From Camelus ferus (Eukaryota): 64,000 nt of DNA. Positions 26,253 to 36,730 of the stretch are shown here, piece by piece. A program made the translations under genes and the position numbers. The DNA lies in contig NC_045699.1 of the NCBI RefSeq assembly GCF_009834535.1, positions 67,642,001 through 67,706,000 of the forward strand. The letters are read 5' to 3'. The notes beneath the pieces are model-generated. The model saw only the letters and a list, made by a program, of their open reading frames with translations, was not told the origin of the DNA and did not search any database. Each line of letters starts with the position of its first letter. Positions within the stretch are counted from its first letter, which is position 1.

Positions 26253-26765
26253 CGTGGTAGAGAGCTTCCAAGACGGTCCCCAGTGATCCCTGCCCTGTGC
26301 AATCCCTTCCTCTGCAGCATGGGCAGAACATATTGACTCGCTTCTAACAAACAGAGTATGACAGGAACAATGGAACGTCACCTCGGGACTTAGTTGGAGA
26401 AGACTGCTCTCTCTGCTGCGTGCTCCTCTCTTCTGACTCTCTCGTGGCTCACGCATCCTGGGAGAATCCAGCAGCTGTGTGTTTGGCAGTCCTGTGGAGA
26501 GGCCTGTGTGGCAAGGGTTTGGGGCCTGCCAATTACCATGTGAGTGAGTTCGGAAGCAGGTTCTGTCTAAGTGGAGCCCTCAGAGGAGACTGTGGCCCCG
26601 GCTAGGAGCTGGACTGCAAGTCTCAAGAGATACCCTGAGCCAGAGACACCCAGCTAAGACATATTCAAATTCCTGACCCTTGGAAACTGCAAGATGGCAA
26701 ATGTTTATTGTTGTAAGAGGCTAAATCTGGGGGTACTTTGTCACACAGCAGTGGATAACTAGTGC
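26253..26765 (+). mobile_element. MLT1D-like MaLR solo LTR
   Basis: Starts cgtggtag...ccaagacggtcccc; contains gacccttggaaactg...aaatgtttattgtt...gctaaatctggggg...cacagcagtggataact, typical of the MLT1 3' end. Confidence 0.75.
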
Positions 26766-27594
26766 ACCACACCACCTTCATCACTTCCCCACATTTGTTA
26801 CTTTGTTGCCCCATCCCTACTGAAACAAATCAGCTCTGAAATTCAACACACAAAAAACTGTCAGATTCTGGATGTTTAAAAGTAGAATTGAACTACATTA
26901 AGTTTACTCATTCACCCGTTGAACACGTTTTGTATAAACCCACCAAGTACAAGTAAGAGGCATTACAGAAACTGCAGGAAGCAAGAGGGCAAATCACTGC
27001 CCTCAAGGCCACAGGAGACTAACAGCTGGCACATGATTGAATCAGGAGCAGGTTGCAATGAGGCCAAAGAGTGGGAGCGGGAGAGAGAGGAATCAGGAAA
27101 TTCCCAACCACCCCACATAGCAACCCACACCATGGTGGAGCAAGCAGGCAATTCCTGTATGTATTTTGGGTTTGCTTTGTTGACTGAAATGCAGAACTGT
27201 GACCCGCTCCCTTGTGGAGGTGGGGCCAACACAGAAAAAGGACGTAACTGTTATTGACAATCTCCTAGACACAACAGATGCCTCAGGCTGAACCTCAGAC
27301 TTTAGAAAGGAGGCCTTAGGAAGGAAAGGACTCCTTTTATCTCTCTCTCTGATCTTCAGTCTCTCGGGTCTGGGTTCTAGTGATAGATGTCAAGGTATAT
27401 ACTCCTGGGCAGTGGGTGCCGAACTGCTGTCTAGAATAACGGATGAGTCTAGGAGCAAAAAGGGAGGAATTACTTCCTACCTGCCCTTGACGATTTATAG
27501 AGAGGACTCTATGATCCCATAAATCCAGGACAAGTCATCGACTGTAAGATTCCTTAGATGTGTGTTATTTTCTGTTTACTTCTGGGACACAATA

Positions 27595-27840
27595 TAGCAG
27601 AGCAGTTAAGAGCAAGAGCCCTGGAGGCAAACTGCTTTCTTTCGTATCCTGACTCCACTACTAATTAGCTGAATAATCTTGGAAATATTATTTACTTTCT
27701 CTCTGCCTCCCTTCATTGTCTTTAAAATGGGAATAATCGCTGGATTTACCTTATGGGGTTGCTGTGAAGAGCAAATAAATCATTGCGTGCCATGCGCTGC
27801 AGATAATCCCCTGCATGGAGTAAACACTCAATAATTACCT
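27595..27840 (+). mobile_element. MIR SINE, near full length
   Basis: gttaagagcaagagccctggag...tttaaaatgggaataat...gggttgctgtgaag...taaacactcaataa. Confidence 0.8.
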
Positions 27841-30339
27841 GCCATCAGATATTTATCATCAAAAAAATTCCTTAATTAAAAAAAATGACTGTCAGATTGA
27901 TCTCTGGGGCAGCAGGAAGTGCTGGGTCCCTCTCAGAAGCTGGTTTTGAGAGGAGGAAGTCCTCCAGGAAGAGCGGGTGGTTACCACTTTGAGAGGTGAT
28001 GGAATCTTGCCCATCTGTGAGAAAGGAGGGTGCCTGAGGACTAAAGCCTGAAAGGTCTTAGGAGGTTACCCTCAGAGAGGCTGCACTGCCCTTCCTAAGT
28101 GTACATCGGGCTCAGGGTGTCAGGTGTCCAGAACTTCAGAGGCCCAGGAGTGCCTGTTCCGGGGGCAGGACCTCTGCTTCATGTGGCCAGAAAGCCTTGC
28201 TCAGGAGTGCCGTTCAGCTCCCACTCATCCTTCTAAAAACTTTTAAAACTACGGAAGTAGCACATTGTTTGCTGTAAAACTCATTCACACTAAAAAGTCT
28301 ACCAAGTAAAGAGTGAAAGTCCCTGGCTCTCCCTCCTGCTTGGCGTGTATCCTTCCGGGCACTTTAATCCACACGTACAAGTATCTGTGCCTCATGTGGG
28401 GGTGTGCAAAGAGTCTTGTGCTTTTTAACCAAAATGAGAGTGGGTAAAGAGTTTGTTTTGCACCTTGCTTTTTACACTGAAAGTGTCGTGGGCATTGTTC
28501 AGTGGCAGCAAGTCCAGAACGCCTTCATTCTTCCCAGTGGCTCTGTGGCATCTCGGCCACGTGGGGCTTTGTGGGACGGTGCCTGGATGTGCACCGATCC
28601 GTTTGGCCCCAACTGATAAATGCCTAGGTTGTTTCTACTTTTTCCCTTGGACAGATGGTGCTGTTGAGAATATCTTTATACATGTATCTTTAGTCACCTG
28701 TCAGAGTAATTCTGAAACTGAGAGCTGGGAATGGAATTCTGGGCAAGACCAAAAATTTATATTTGGTGGCTGCTGCTGGAGGGCCCGCTGCAAGGTTGCA
28801 GTTCCACTCTCGCCAGCACGTGTGAGCCTGCCTGTCTTCTCCATGCTCACCAGTGCTATGTATTACCAGCCGTTTACTTACTATGAAATAACAGGTGAAA
28901 GATGGCCTCTGGCTTTAATACTCATTTCTCTACCTACTCATTTTTTGTGCTCTTAGCAAAGAAGCTGCTTCTTGCTTCAAGCACATACTCCCTGGGCCTG
29001 GGTCAGGCAGCCAGCCTTCTAGGCCCACCCCGCTGCTCAGCTGCCCCTGCTCCTGCCTCTGCATCCTGAACATCTGTCCTTAATCCGCCTCCCTGCATCC
29101 CCAGCACAGCCTTGTGCTGCTGCCGTGATCAGTGAGGAAAGGCTGGCTGACTGTCGGGTCCCCATGGAGAGGAGCTGACAGAAATGCATGCCCGGCACAG
29201 TCGCCTTGGGCTGGGTCAGCTTTCCGGGCTCCAAGGAGGCTGCGTGCTGCTTCTGATTCTTTCCCCAATTTGAGATGACTAGGGCATGGCTCCAGTCATA
29301 TGGCTGCAGAAGGCAATTCTAATTCCATTCCTTCGTTAGCTACCCAGGCTCTGAGCCACTCCTAGCTCTGCTAAGTGTTGGGGCAATTGTGACCTGTCTA
29401 CCCTTGCCCAAGGAGCTGTCCTCCCAACATGACATGTCCTTTAGCTTTTGGAGGGTACACGTGCTGCGGCAGCCAGGGAGGAAGCACCCCTTGACCTGCT
29501 CGTGAGTCAGATTTAATACAACCACGGCTGAGCAGGGGCAGGGACAGTCAGATGGCCCACTCACTTGGGAGGTGACGTACATAGAAGTGCGTTGGGAAGG
29601 CTATACAGGTGGGAGGGATTACCTGTGTCTGGGTTCCCATGTGTGGGCTGAGCCGGCCTAGGCCAGGATGCCCCCGTTCAGGAGAAATGGGAACACTTGA
29701 ATGTTCTAGTGATGGTAGGGACCAAGGCCTGTGTCCACAAGGGCTGGAATCCCAGACTAGGGCTGGTTCAGGCCTGACAATGGGATCTGAGAGATGGGGT
29801 AAGCAAACCCCAGTCCTGCAGGCATGGAGATGGGAGATGAGCCTCCACAAAAGGGACCCAGTTACCAGATAGTGCAGGCCAAGGCTTGGACTAGGTAGAG
29901 TCGGTGCACGAGGTGACAGCCAGACCAGCCACAAGTGGGACACTTCTACCGCCAAAGGGTGGGGCTTAGTCTGCAGATAGGGGGACATGTGGCTTTCTTG
30001 TCGTACAAGAGGAAGGGAGAAAGGCAGGGCCCAGCCACTTTAGCCCTGACAAAGGATTGGAAACCCCAAGAAATTGTGAAATATTCTCCATTGCTGCCCC
30101 CTGTTGTTCTGTGCCCTCTGCTTGGAGACGGGGCCAACAGCCCTGGTCTTGCTTCCTGACATCCAGGGACCTACTGTCCATTGGCTGCTTCTGCACAGGC
30201 AGGCTGGCTGGCCACCTCACACACCTGCTTCTGTGGGAGCGGGCTCCATGCTGCCATGATTCTAGGAAGTGATGATGGAATGAGAGAGGAGCCTCAGTGG
30301 CTTCCTTTCATCCTTGGGGACAGCCGTCTAATCCTGCAG

Positions 30340-30545
30340 AGTCAGGAGCTCAGGAGTCGGACAGACTCGAGCTCAAATCCTGACTGTCCCAGGCTGCATG
30401 TTCTTGGGCAAGTCACTTACAACTCTGAGTCTCAATTTCTGTTACGTCAAAGGGAGGGTAATTGCAGAACCCACCCCTTTGGGTTTTTGTGAGTTTAGAG
30501 AGACACACATGGAAAGCGCCCACGCAGGGTGGATGGTATGAGTAT
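30340..30545 (+). mobile_element. MIR SINE
   Basis: ctcaaatcctgact...ttgggcaagtcacttacaactctgagtctcaattt. Confidence 0.7.
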
Positions 30546-31118
30546 TTCCCAGAGTGAATACTGCCCGGAAGAGCCCAGCAGTGGGGAACTTGTTGCTTCC
30601 TGTGTCCACAGAGATGATTGAGGAACCTGGCGTATCCAGGAAGGGCAGGAGGAGCCCCATCTGGGCACAGCCATGTGTCATGTTTAGTGACACAGCTGGG
30701 CCTGGAAGGGCTGGGTGTGCTTTCTGGGGTGGGGCAGGCGTCAGCTGGGGGAGCTGGGGAACATGATCTAACAAGTAGTGGGACAGAATCCATCTCGCTG
30801 GCCAAAGGTCGTCTCCAGAGAGGATGGGGACCAACCAGAGCTGATGTATATAGTCTAGACCTCTTTTTGGCTATAGACCCAGCCCTTGACCCCTCTTTCT
30901 CCAAGAACCCAGCTCTGCCCTGAGCCCAGTCAATAGGACTGAGGGGGACACACAGCCCCCAGCAGGCCAGTCGGGTCCTCTGGCTGGGAGTTAGCTGGAA
31001 AGGAGAAGGGCTTTGGGTCTTTGCTGGCACTCAAACCAGGAGGACATGTGAGCTCAGAAATTCCATGCTGGGAAAAGCAGATGGCTGCACAATGAGAAAC
31101 AGAGAGACCTTGCAGGCA

Positions 31119-31152
31119 GGGGAAAGGGAAAGGGAAAGGGAAAGGAAAGGGA
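31119..31152 (+). repeat. (GGGAAA)n polypurine repeat
   Basis: ggggaaagggaaagggaaagggaaaggaaaggga. Confidence 0.9.
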
Positions 31153-34100
31153 GAGAAGCTGAGAGAGCTGCTACCCTGCCCCTTGAAGGCCTTCCAGGCG
31201 GTTTCTGGTTCCTGGCCCTCGTGAGGCCCAGCTGCGTCCCTGCTCATGGACTCTGGGAGCTACCTCGTGTCCTTATGTAACCAGCTTATTCAGTGAGCTG
31301 GACTCAATCAGGTGTAAGAGGAAACCAACTTTATTTTTCCCTTGTGTCCTTTCCAGCCTACCCTGTGGATTAGTTCTTTTCCCAATTGACGCTGAGAACT
31401 TAACAGGCCCCTGAAGTCTCGCTGTTAACAGTCACGTGACTCCAGACTGTCCAGTGTAGTGATCAGGAGGCTGTACTCCTACAGCCCGGCCAGGCTGGAG
31501 GTCTGGGGCCGGGGAGGGTGCACAGTCAGCGTCTCCACTAGACCCCACAGTCCCACTGTCTCCCCAACTTGTCCACTGAGCTTTGTGGCCCCTGGGGTTG
31601 GAACAGGGGAGAGGGATGAGGGAGAGGTATGGGGTCCATCTGATGTGGTCGGTTCAGTGGGAACCCAGAGCTGGTGCCCTGTGGGGGTGCCAGGTGCCCA
31701 AAGTACCCACGCTCTGTCTTTTTCCCTTTCCTGTCTTTTCTTCCTCTTCCCTGCTGCTGCTTCACAATTTCCCTTCTGGGCACCTCTGACTCCGCCCCCT
31801 GATAGGATAATACTTCTCCTCCAACTGACCTCTTAGGACCTTTCCTTGGCTCCTGGGCTTCCTGCATTGCCCCCACCCCACCACCCAGGCTGCCCTCTGC
31901 CTCCTAGGAACCTGTGTCCTTTGCCTCCCCGCCGCTCCCAGGGCAGTGTCGTTTCTCACTGCCCTCTGCCGCTGGCCTGCAGACTTGAGGCATGAGTCAG
32001 ATGGTAGTGCTCGCACTCAGCCATGCCAAGCTCTTAGAAGAGTCCCTTGAAGTTCTCACTTGATTTAGGGAGGGGGAGCACCTACCTTCCCTGTGGTGGC
32101 GGAGGGATGCCACAGGGATGACTCATCCCCAACCCCACGATGCTTTTTCAGCTCTCGTTACACGGGCTGCAGGTGGGCAGTCGGCTAATGCTGTAGAGCC
32201 AGTTTGGGGTCATCCCCTGCAGGGAGGGTCTTGCACCTTGTTCTAGAATATGGGGGCTCTCAGCAGCTATTATTTTGTCCTTAGCCTTTTGAGTCTCAGA
32301 TAAAACTGAGGCAGAAAAGAGTGCCAGTTTAACATTCTGTTCCACTTAAAATGTCCCCTTTTTTATTTAGTCCAGTTCTCTGGCTCTCTCGTACTATAAC
32401 CGAGAGTTTTTACTAGACTGTGTAAAACAAACGAGGCGCCCCTGGGAGATCAGGGAGGACCCCTTGAGCTCCCAGACAGGATCTGTGGATTATGAGCATC
32501 ATTGATTCCCATTGCTGGTGTTTTCTGTAGTTCAAAGGTTTCTCTTTCAATCTTGCTCAAACTGGCAGGATTTGGGGGAAGGGGTCTTGTTCATCATCAC
32601 TTGTTTGGGGAACATCTCTGTCTTCCTGACATGTTCCCCACATGAGCCCAGCAGGTGGGTGCCCTCCATCCACCAACGTATTGGCCCAAACTGGGGTACT
32701 GGGGTTTGGCTGGGGCAGGGGAGAGTCCGGGTTTCACTGGCTTCCTTCTGGGTCCACAGGTGCGCTAGCTGTGGAGACCTTAGTGGCAGCAGGAGCCCTA
32801 TGACTGTAGGTCTTAAAAGTCACCGTGGGAGGGGAGAGGGGGAGTGTTGATGTGGGTTGTTCGGGCTGAGTGTACCTGGCTGGCTGCTGGCAGGTGAGTG
32901 ACTCTCTGGGCACCAAGGCCCCGCACCTGACCACAGCCCTCATCTCCCATTCTCTTCTTCAATGCTGTTGGTTTGGTAAACTGCCTCCCTCCCCCCATTT
33001 CACTGTAGGGAGAGTGGGTTCCACATCTCTGATGGGCTTATTCCTTCCTCTCCTTCCATGTAGCCAGGGTACAATTTGACGAAGACTCAGGTTTGGGTCC
33101 TGGGGTGGGTGGGGGCTGGTGTCGTGCTCTGCTTTTGTTTGGTTCCCAGCTAGTTTAGAAAAAGGGCTACCTTCTCTTGTCCAGAGCTCTCTGCTTTGGG
33201 ATTTGGACCCAAGACCAGTAACCGATAAGGTTGGGCCCTGTTTTCCTTTGCCTTCAATCCTTGCATCCCACACACCCCCACTCCAGATGTGTCGGGGTGG
33301 GGAGGGGTGGCTCTGGTCTGGGCCAAGGCTGAGATATTCTCACCTAATAGTGTCCAGATTCCACTGTGACCCCAAAAACTGCCTAGGAGTTTGGGAGAAG
33401 AGTTTGAGAACTCTTACTCAGTAGTGTCTGACTCCCAGAACCTTCTGAATTGATCCCTGCTGGGGCATTTTTACCAGCACTCTGGCTCCAAGCCTCACTT
33501 CTCCCCTTCTGTGAAGTGAAAGGAAAGTCCCTCCTTTACAGGCTGCTGTGAGGTCACCTGAGAAGACGTAAGTCCAATTCCAGGCACACAGAAGGCCCCA
33601 GGAAACGGCAGTCTCCCCGCACTGCAACTTTGTTGAAAAGGGCTCTCATAAGGCAACATCACCTGGTCATTAAAAAGAGGGATTGGTGAGTCCAAAGGTT
33701 TAAGTGCCTTTTAAATTTTGATGGATACATTGCCAAATTGCTCTTCAAAAATATTGAATCAATTTATACTTCCATCCAGAGTACACAGAGTACGTATTTC
33801 TCCATTCCCTTGTCAGCATGGAGACTGACATTTTTTCATCTTTGCCAATCCGCCGGGCACCATGTGATGGTTTGGGCTTGAGTTAACGGACCTCTCTGGT
33901 GATTCTTGAGCTTGGCCTCTTTTCTTGTGTACTGGCCATTTGTGAGTCTTCTGATGTGTTTGTGTACTTAAGTTTTCTATAACAGTGTATCTTTCTTCTT
34001 AATTTGAAAGAGTACTTGGTGTAGCATGATTGTTATTCCTATATTTTTCTCTTGTTTAATATTTCCCTTTTAATCTTGGTCGTGTTTTGTTTTATTCCAT

Positions 34101-34693
34101 TTTTCATAGGGCAAAAAAAAAAAAGGAATTTTCTTTAGTCAAAATCCCTTAGTCTTTTCCTTAATGGTTTTGGGGCTTCCTGTCAGGCCTAGAGACACCT
34201 TCCCAATCCACAGATCAGTTTTACAGGAGGGTGGTTCTGGCAACTAGTGTGGAAGTCAGATTGGAATGAGGGCTCCTGGTCTGGTGAGGGGCAGCCTGTT
34301 GTCGTAGTCGAGGGGAGAGGGGAGGAGAGCCTGCACCAGGGCAGGAAAGAGGGCTTGTGTGGAGGGATGGGTTGCCCTTGGCAAGGGGCTGGGAGGAGTC
34401 CTTGTTTCTGACCCGAGCAATTGAGTAGATGGTGCCATTTGGTGAAATGGGACCAGATGTGGGGGAAGGTGCTTCAGGTGTTGACTGCACTGCCTGTGTC
34501 CAATGGAGACGCAGGACTCCTGAGGGCACATATGGAAACCAGAGATAGGGAGAGTACGATTACATGATTTTGGTGGATGCCCCTGGTGCTGAATCTCTTG
34601 GTTTTACTCAAAAGCTCTGACATCGAGGGTCCCAGGAAGGCATTCTAAAACAATAATACACAGCGTAGATACATCCAAATCGCACTGATGGCT

Positions 34694-34699
34694 TTTATT
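34694..34699 (-). terminator. ANGPTL2: Distal ANGPTL2 polyadenylation signal AATAAA
   Basis: + strand tttatt; upstream UGUA motifs and a downstream GU-rich tract. Confidence 0.8.
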
Positions 34700-35964
34700 G
34701 CAGATTTGTGTCATTACAAGGATAATCTGGGAATATATTAAAAAAAAAAACCCTCCCTTTTATATACACAAAACGTGCTACATGGTACACTTTGTGAGAC
34801 TGCTGAGGTAATAGGCACACACCCAGACGCGGACAGTACCGAACGTTCCGACATCTAGCACACCCCGACCCGCGTGCCCTCTGCGGAGGGTCTTACCTTC
34901 TTGGTCATCCCTTGCTCCCTGCTTGGCAAGAGTCCCGGTAGTACTGCCCCTGACACACTTCGTGGCCAACAGGACTCAGAGAGCCACTGCGCTGCAACGC
35001 ACCAACCAAGGGATCCGTGGCCCCTGGTTATTCAGTAACTCAGGACAAGTGGCCAGTCCTCATTTTTATGGCACCTGTTCTCAGGGAAAGTGTAGTTTGG
35101 AAACAAAATATGGACTCTAGTCGGCCTGAGAACATGGGACTTTTGGTCTGTAGCCACTTGGGGCCCCCAATGATTGGATTATGACTTTGCTTCAATTGAA
35201 TATCTGCTGGCAAGGTGGGTAATTATTTCTGTGAAGGTTAAAACGACAGGTAGGCTAAAGTATGAATGAAAATACAAGACTGCGAATACCGTTATCTATG
35301 TGGCAGGCCTTTCAGGCCTGACTTCCCCTTTCCTGACTAGAAACACGGAGTCCAGACTGTTTCCTACTCGGGGACTAAGGGATCTTGCCTGGAGGGAAAG
35401 CACAGGGGGACAGAAGAGGTCAGGAGTAAGTAGGCAAGGAGTAGAGAAGAGTGGAAAAGGTGCCTGGACAACAGTGGCCTGGGACTGATGCACAGAAGGC
35501 ACTTAGCAAATGGCACCGATGAATGGGTAGGTGGGTGGGTGGGTATCAAAATGGACGGGGACGTGGAGTCTGAAATTTGATTAGGTGCCAAAAGGGGATC
35601 CTAAGCAAGGAAGTTGGGACCCCCTCTGTGAGAGGGTAGCACTGTGGACGTTCCTGGAAGAATCCAGGCATGTGGAAGCCAAGGATTATTCTTTGAGTTG
35701 GAGCTACACAGGCTGTGACCTGCTCTTGGGCTCAAGTAGTGCAACATCAATGAAACGCTCTTCTCCTAAGAGCAGAGCGCTTGTCAACAGCCTCAGCATC
35801 CGAGAACTGAGTCTACGTGTGTTAGGTGTATAAGGCAAACCTGTATATGTATCTAGATGTACGATGTGTGTGTGTATCTGAATGCATATGCGTGTGGTAC
35901 ACACGCAAGTGCACAAGGTCGGCTCACACACGTGTATATCATGAAGGTATTTTGCAGTTGTGTT

Positions 35965-35988
35965 TTTATTGTAGGGACTTAATTTATT
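35965..35988 (-). terminator. ANGPTL2: Tandem proximal AATAAA hexamers (35983-35988 and 35965-35970) in the ANGPTL2 3' UTR
   Basis: mRNA sense reads taAATAAAttaagtccctacAATAAAaac, about 230-250 nt after the stop, followed by gtgtgtg. Confidence 0.5.
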
Positions 35989-36218
35989 TAAGGGAAGACT
36001 TGACTGCAGTCCTGTCCTGTCTGAGAACACGAGGGGCTGTCTGATGTTAAGAAAGTAGTAGGGACAGAGAATACCGTTTCGATTCAGTTCTGTTATCTGT
36101 CGCAGTGACTTGGGAAGAGTCCAGCGTCCCAGTCCTCCCGGCCCCAAGGTGACCCAGTGAGGAGGTGCTCTGTGTGCTGGGGCCAGCACAGCCACGAGCG
36201 GTCAGGCGGGGAGCCGGC

Positions 36219-36418
36219 CTAGTGGAAGGTGTTGGGGTTGGGCCGGATCATCATCACCACTTTCTTGAGCGAGTAGGAGCCCCCTCGGAACTCAGCCCAG
36301 TAGACTCCGTCCTGGTAGCGGCTCCGGTAGTGGCCCCCACGGTACCAGACGCCATTGAGGTTGGAGTGGGCACAGGCGTTATACCACCAGCCGCCCTTCT
36401 GGTAGTGGGCACAGTTTC
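36219..36418 (-). CDS. ANGPTL2: ANGPTL2 last coding exon (C-terminal fibrinogen-like domain), 200 nt to TAG
   Basis: tctctcctgaag|GA acceptor; encodes [66 protein letters not shown]. Confidence 0.97.
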
Positions 36419-36549
36419 CTTCAGGAGAGAAAGAGCAAGAAGGTCTCAGGGAGGAGGCTTTACCCAAATCTGCCGTTTGCTCGGGGACTTCAGTGGGACC
36501 CCCCCCCCCTCTGGGGACATTTGAACAAGAATGCTTGGGAGGGGACGGG

Positions 36550-36730
36550 GCTTCAGACCTGCTCAGATCTGCCTTCTGCCTAGTGAGCTGTGTGATCTTG
36601 GGCAAGTGACTTAACCTCGTGGAGCCACCGAATTCTCATGGTAAAATAAGGATGAGTGTGGTGCCTCCCAGGACCACCGTGGGAACTGAGCGAGGGTGCC
36701 TGCTCGCCCAGGGCTTACTGCAAATGGAGC
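36550..36730 (+). mobile_element. MIR SINE in ANGPTL2 intron 4
   Basis: agctgtgtgatcttgggcaagtgacttaacctc...gtaaaataaggatg. Confidence 0.75.

Larger units (their letters stand above)
34665..36218 (-). other. ANGPTL2: ANGPTL2 3' UTR (~1.55 kb; distal end approximate)
   Basis: Follows the TAG and ends at AATAAA (34694-34699). Several upstream UGUA motifs and a downstream GU/U-rich element (tgtgtattattgtttt on the minus strand) are present. Confidence 0.8.

Noticed and set aside
32386-32411. CTCTCG-9nt-CGAGAG hairpin followed by T5, resembling a terminator
   Set aside because: A 6-bp stem is expected by chance in 64 kb. There is no Pol III promoter, and bacterial terminators are irrelevant here.
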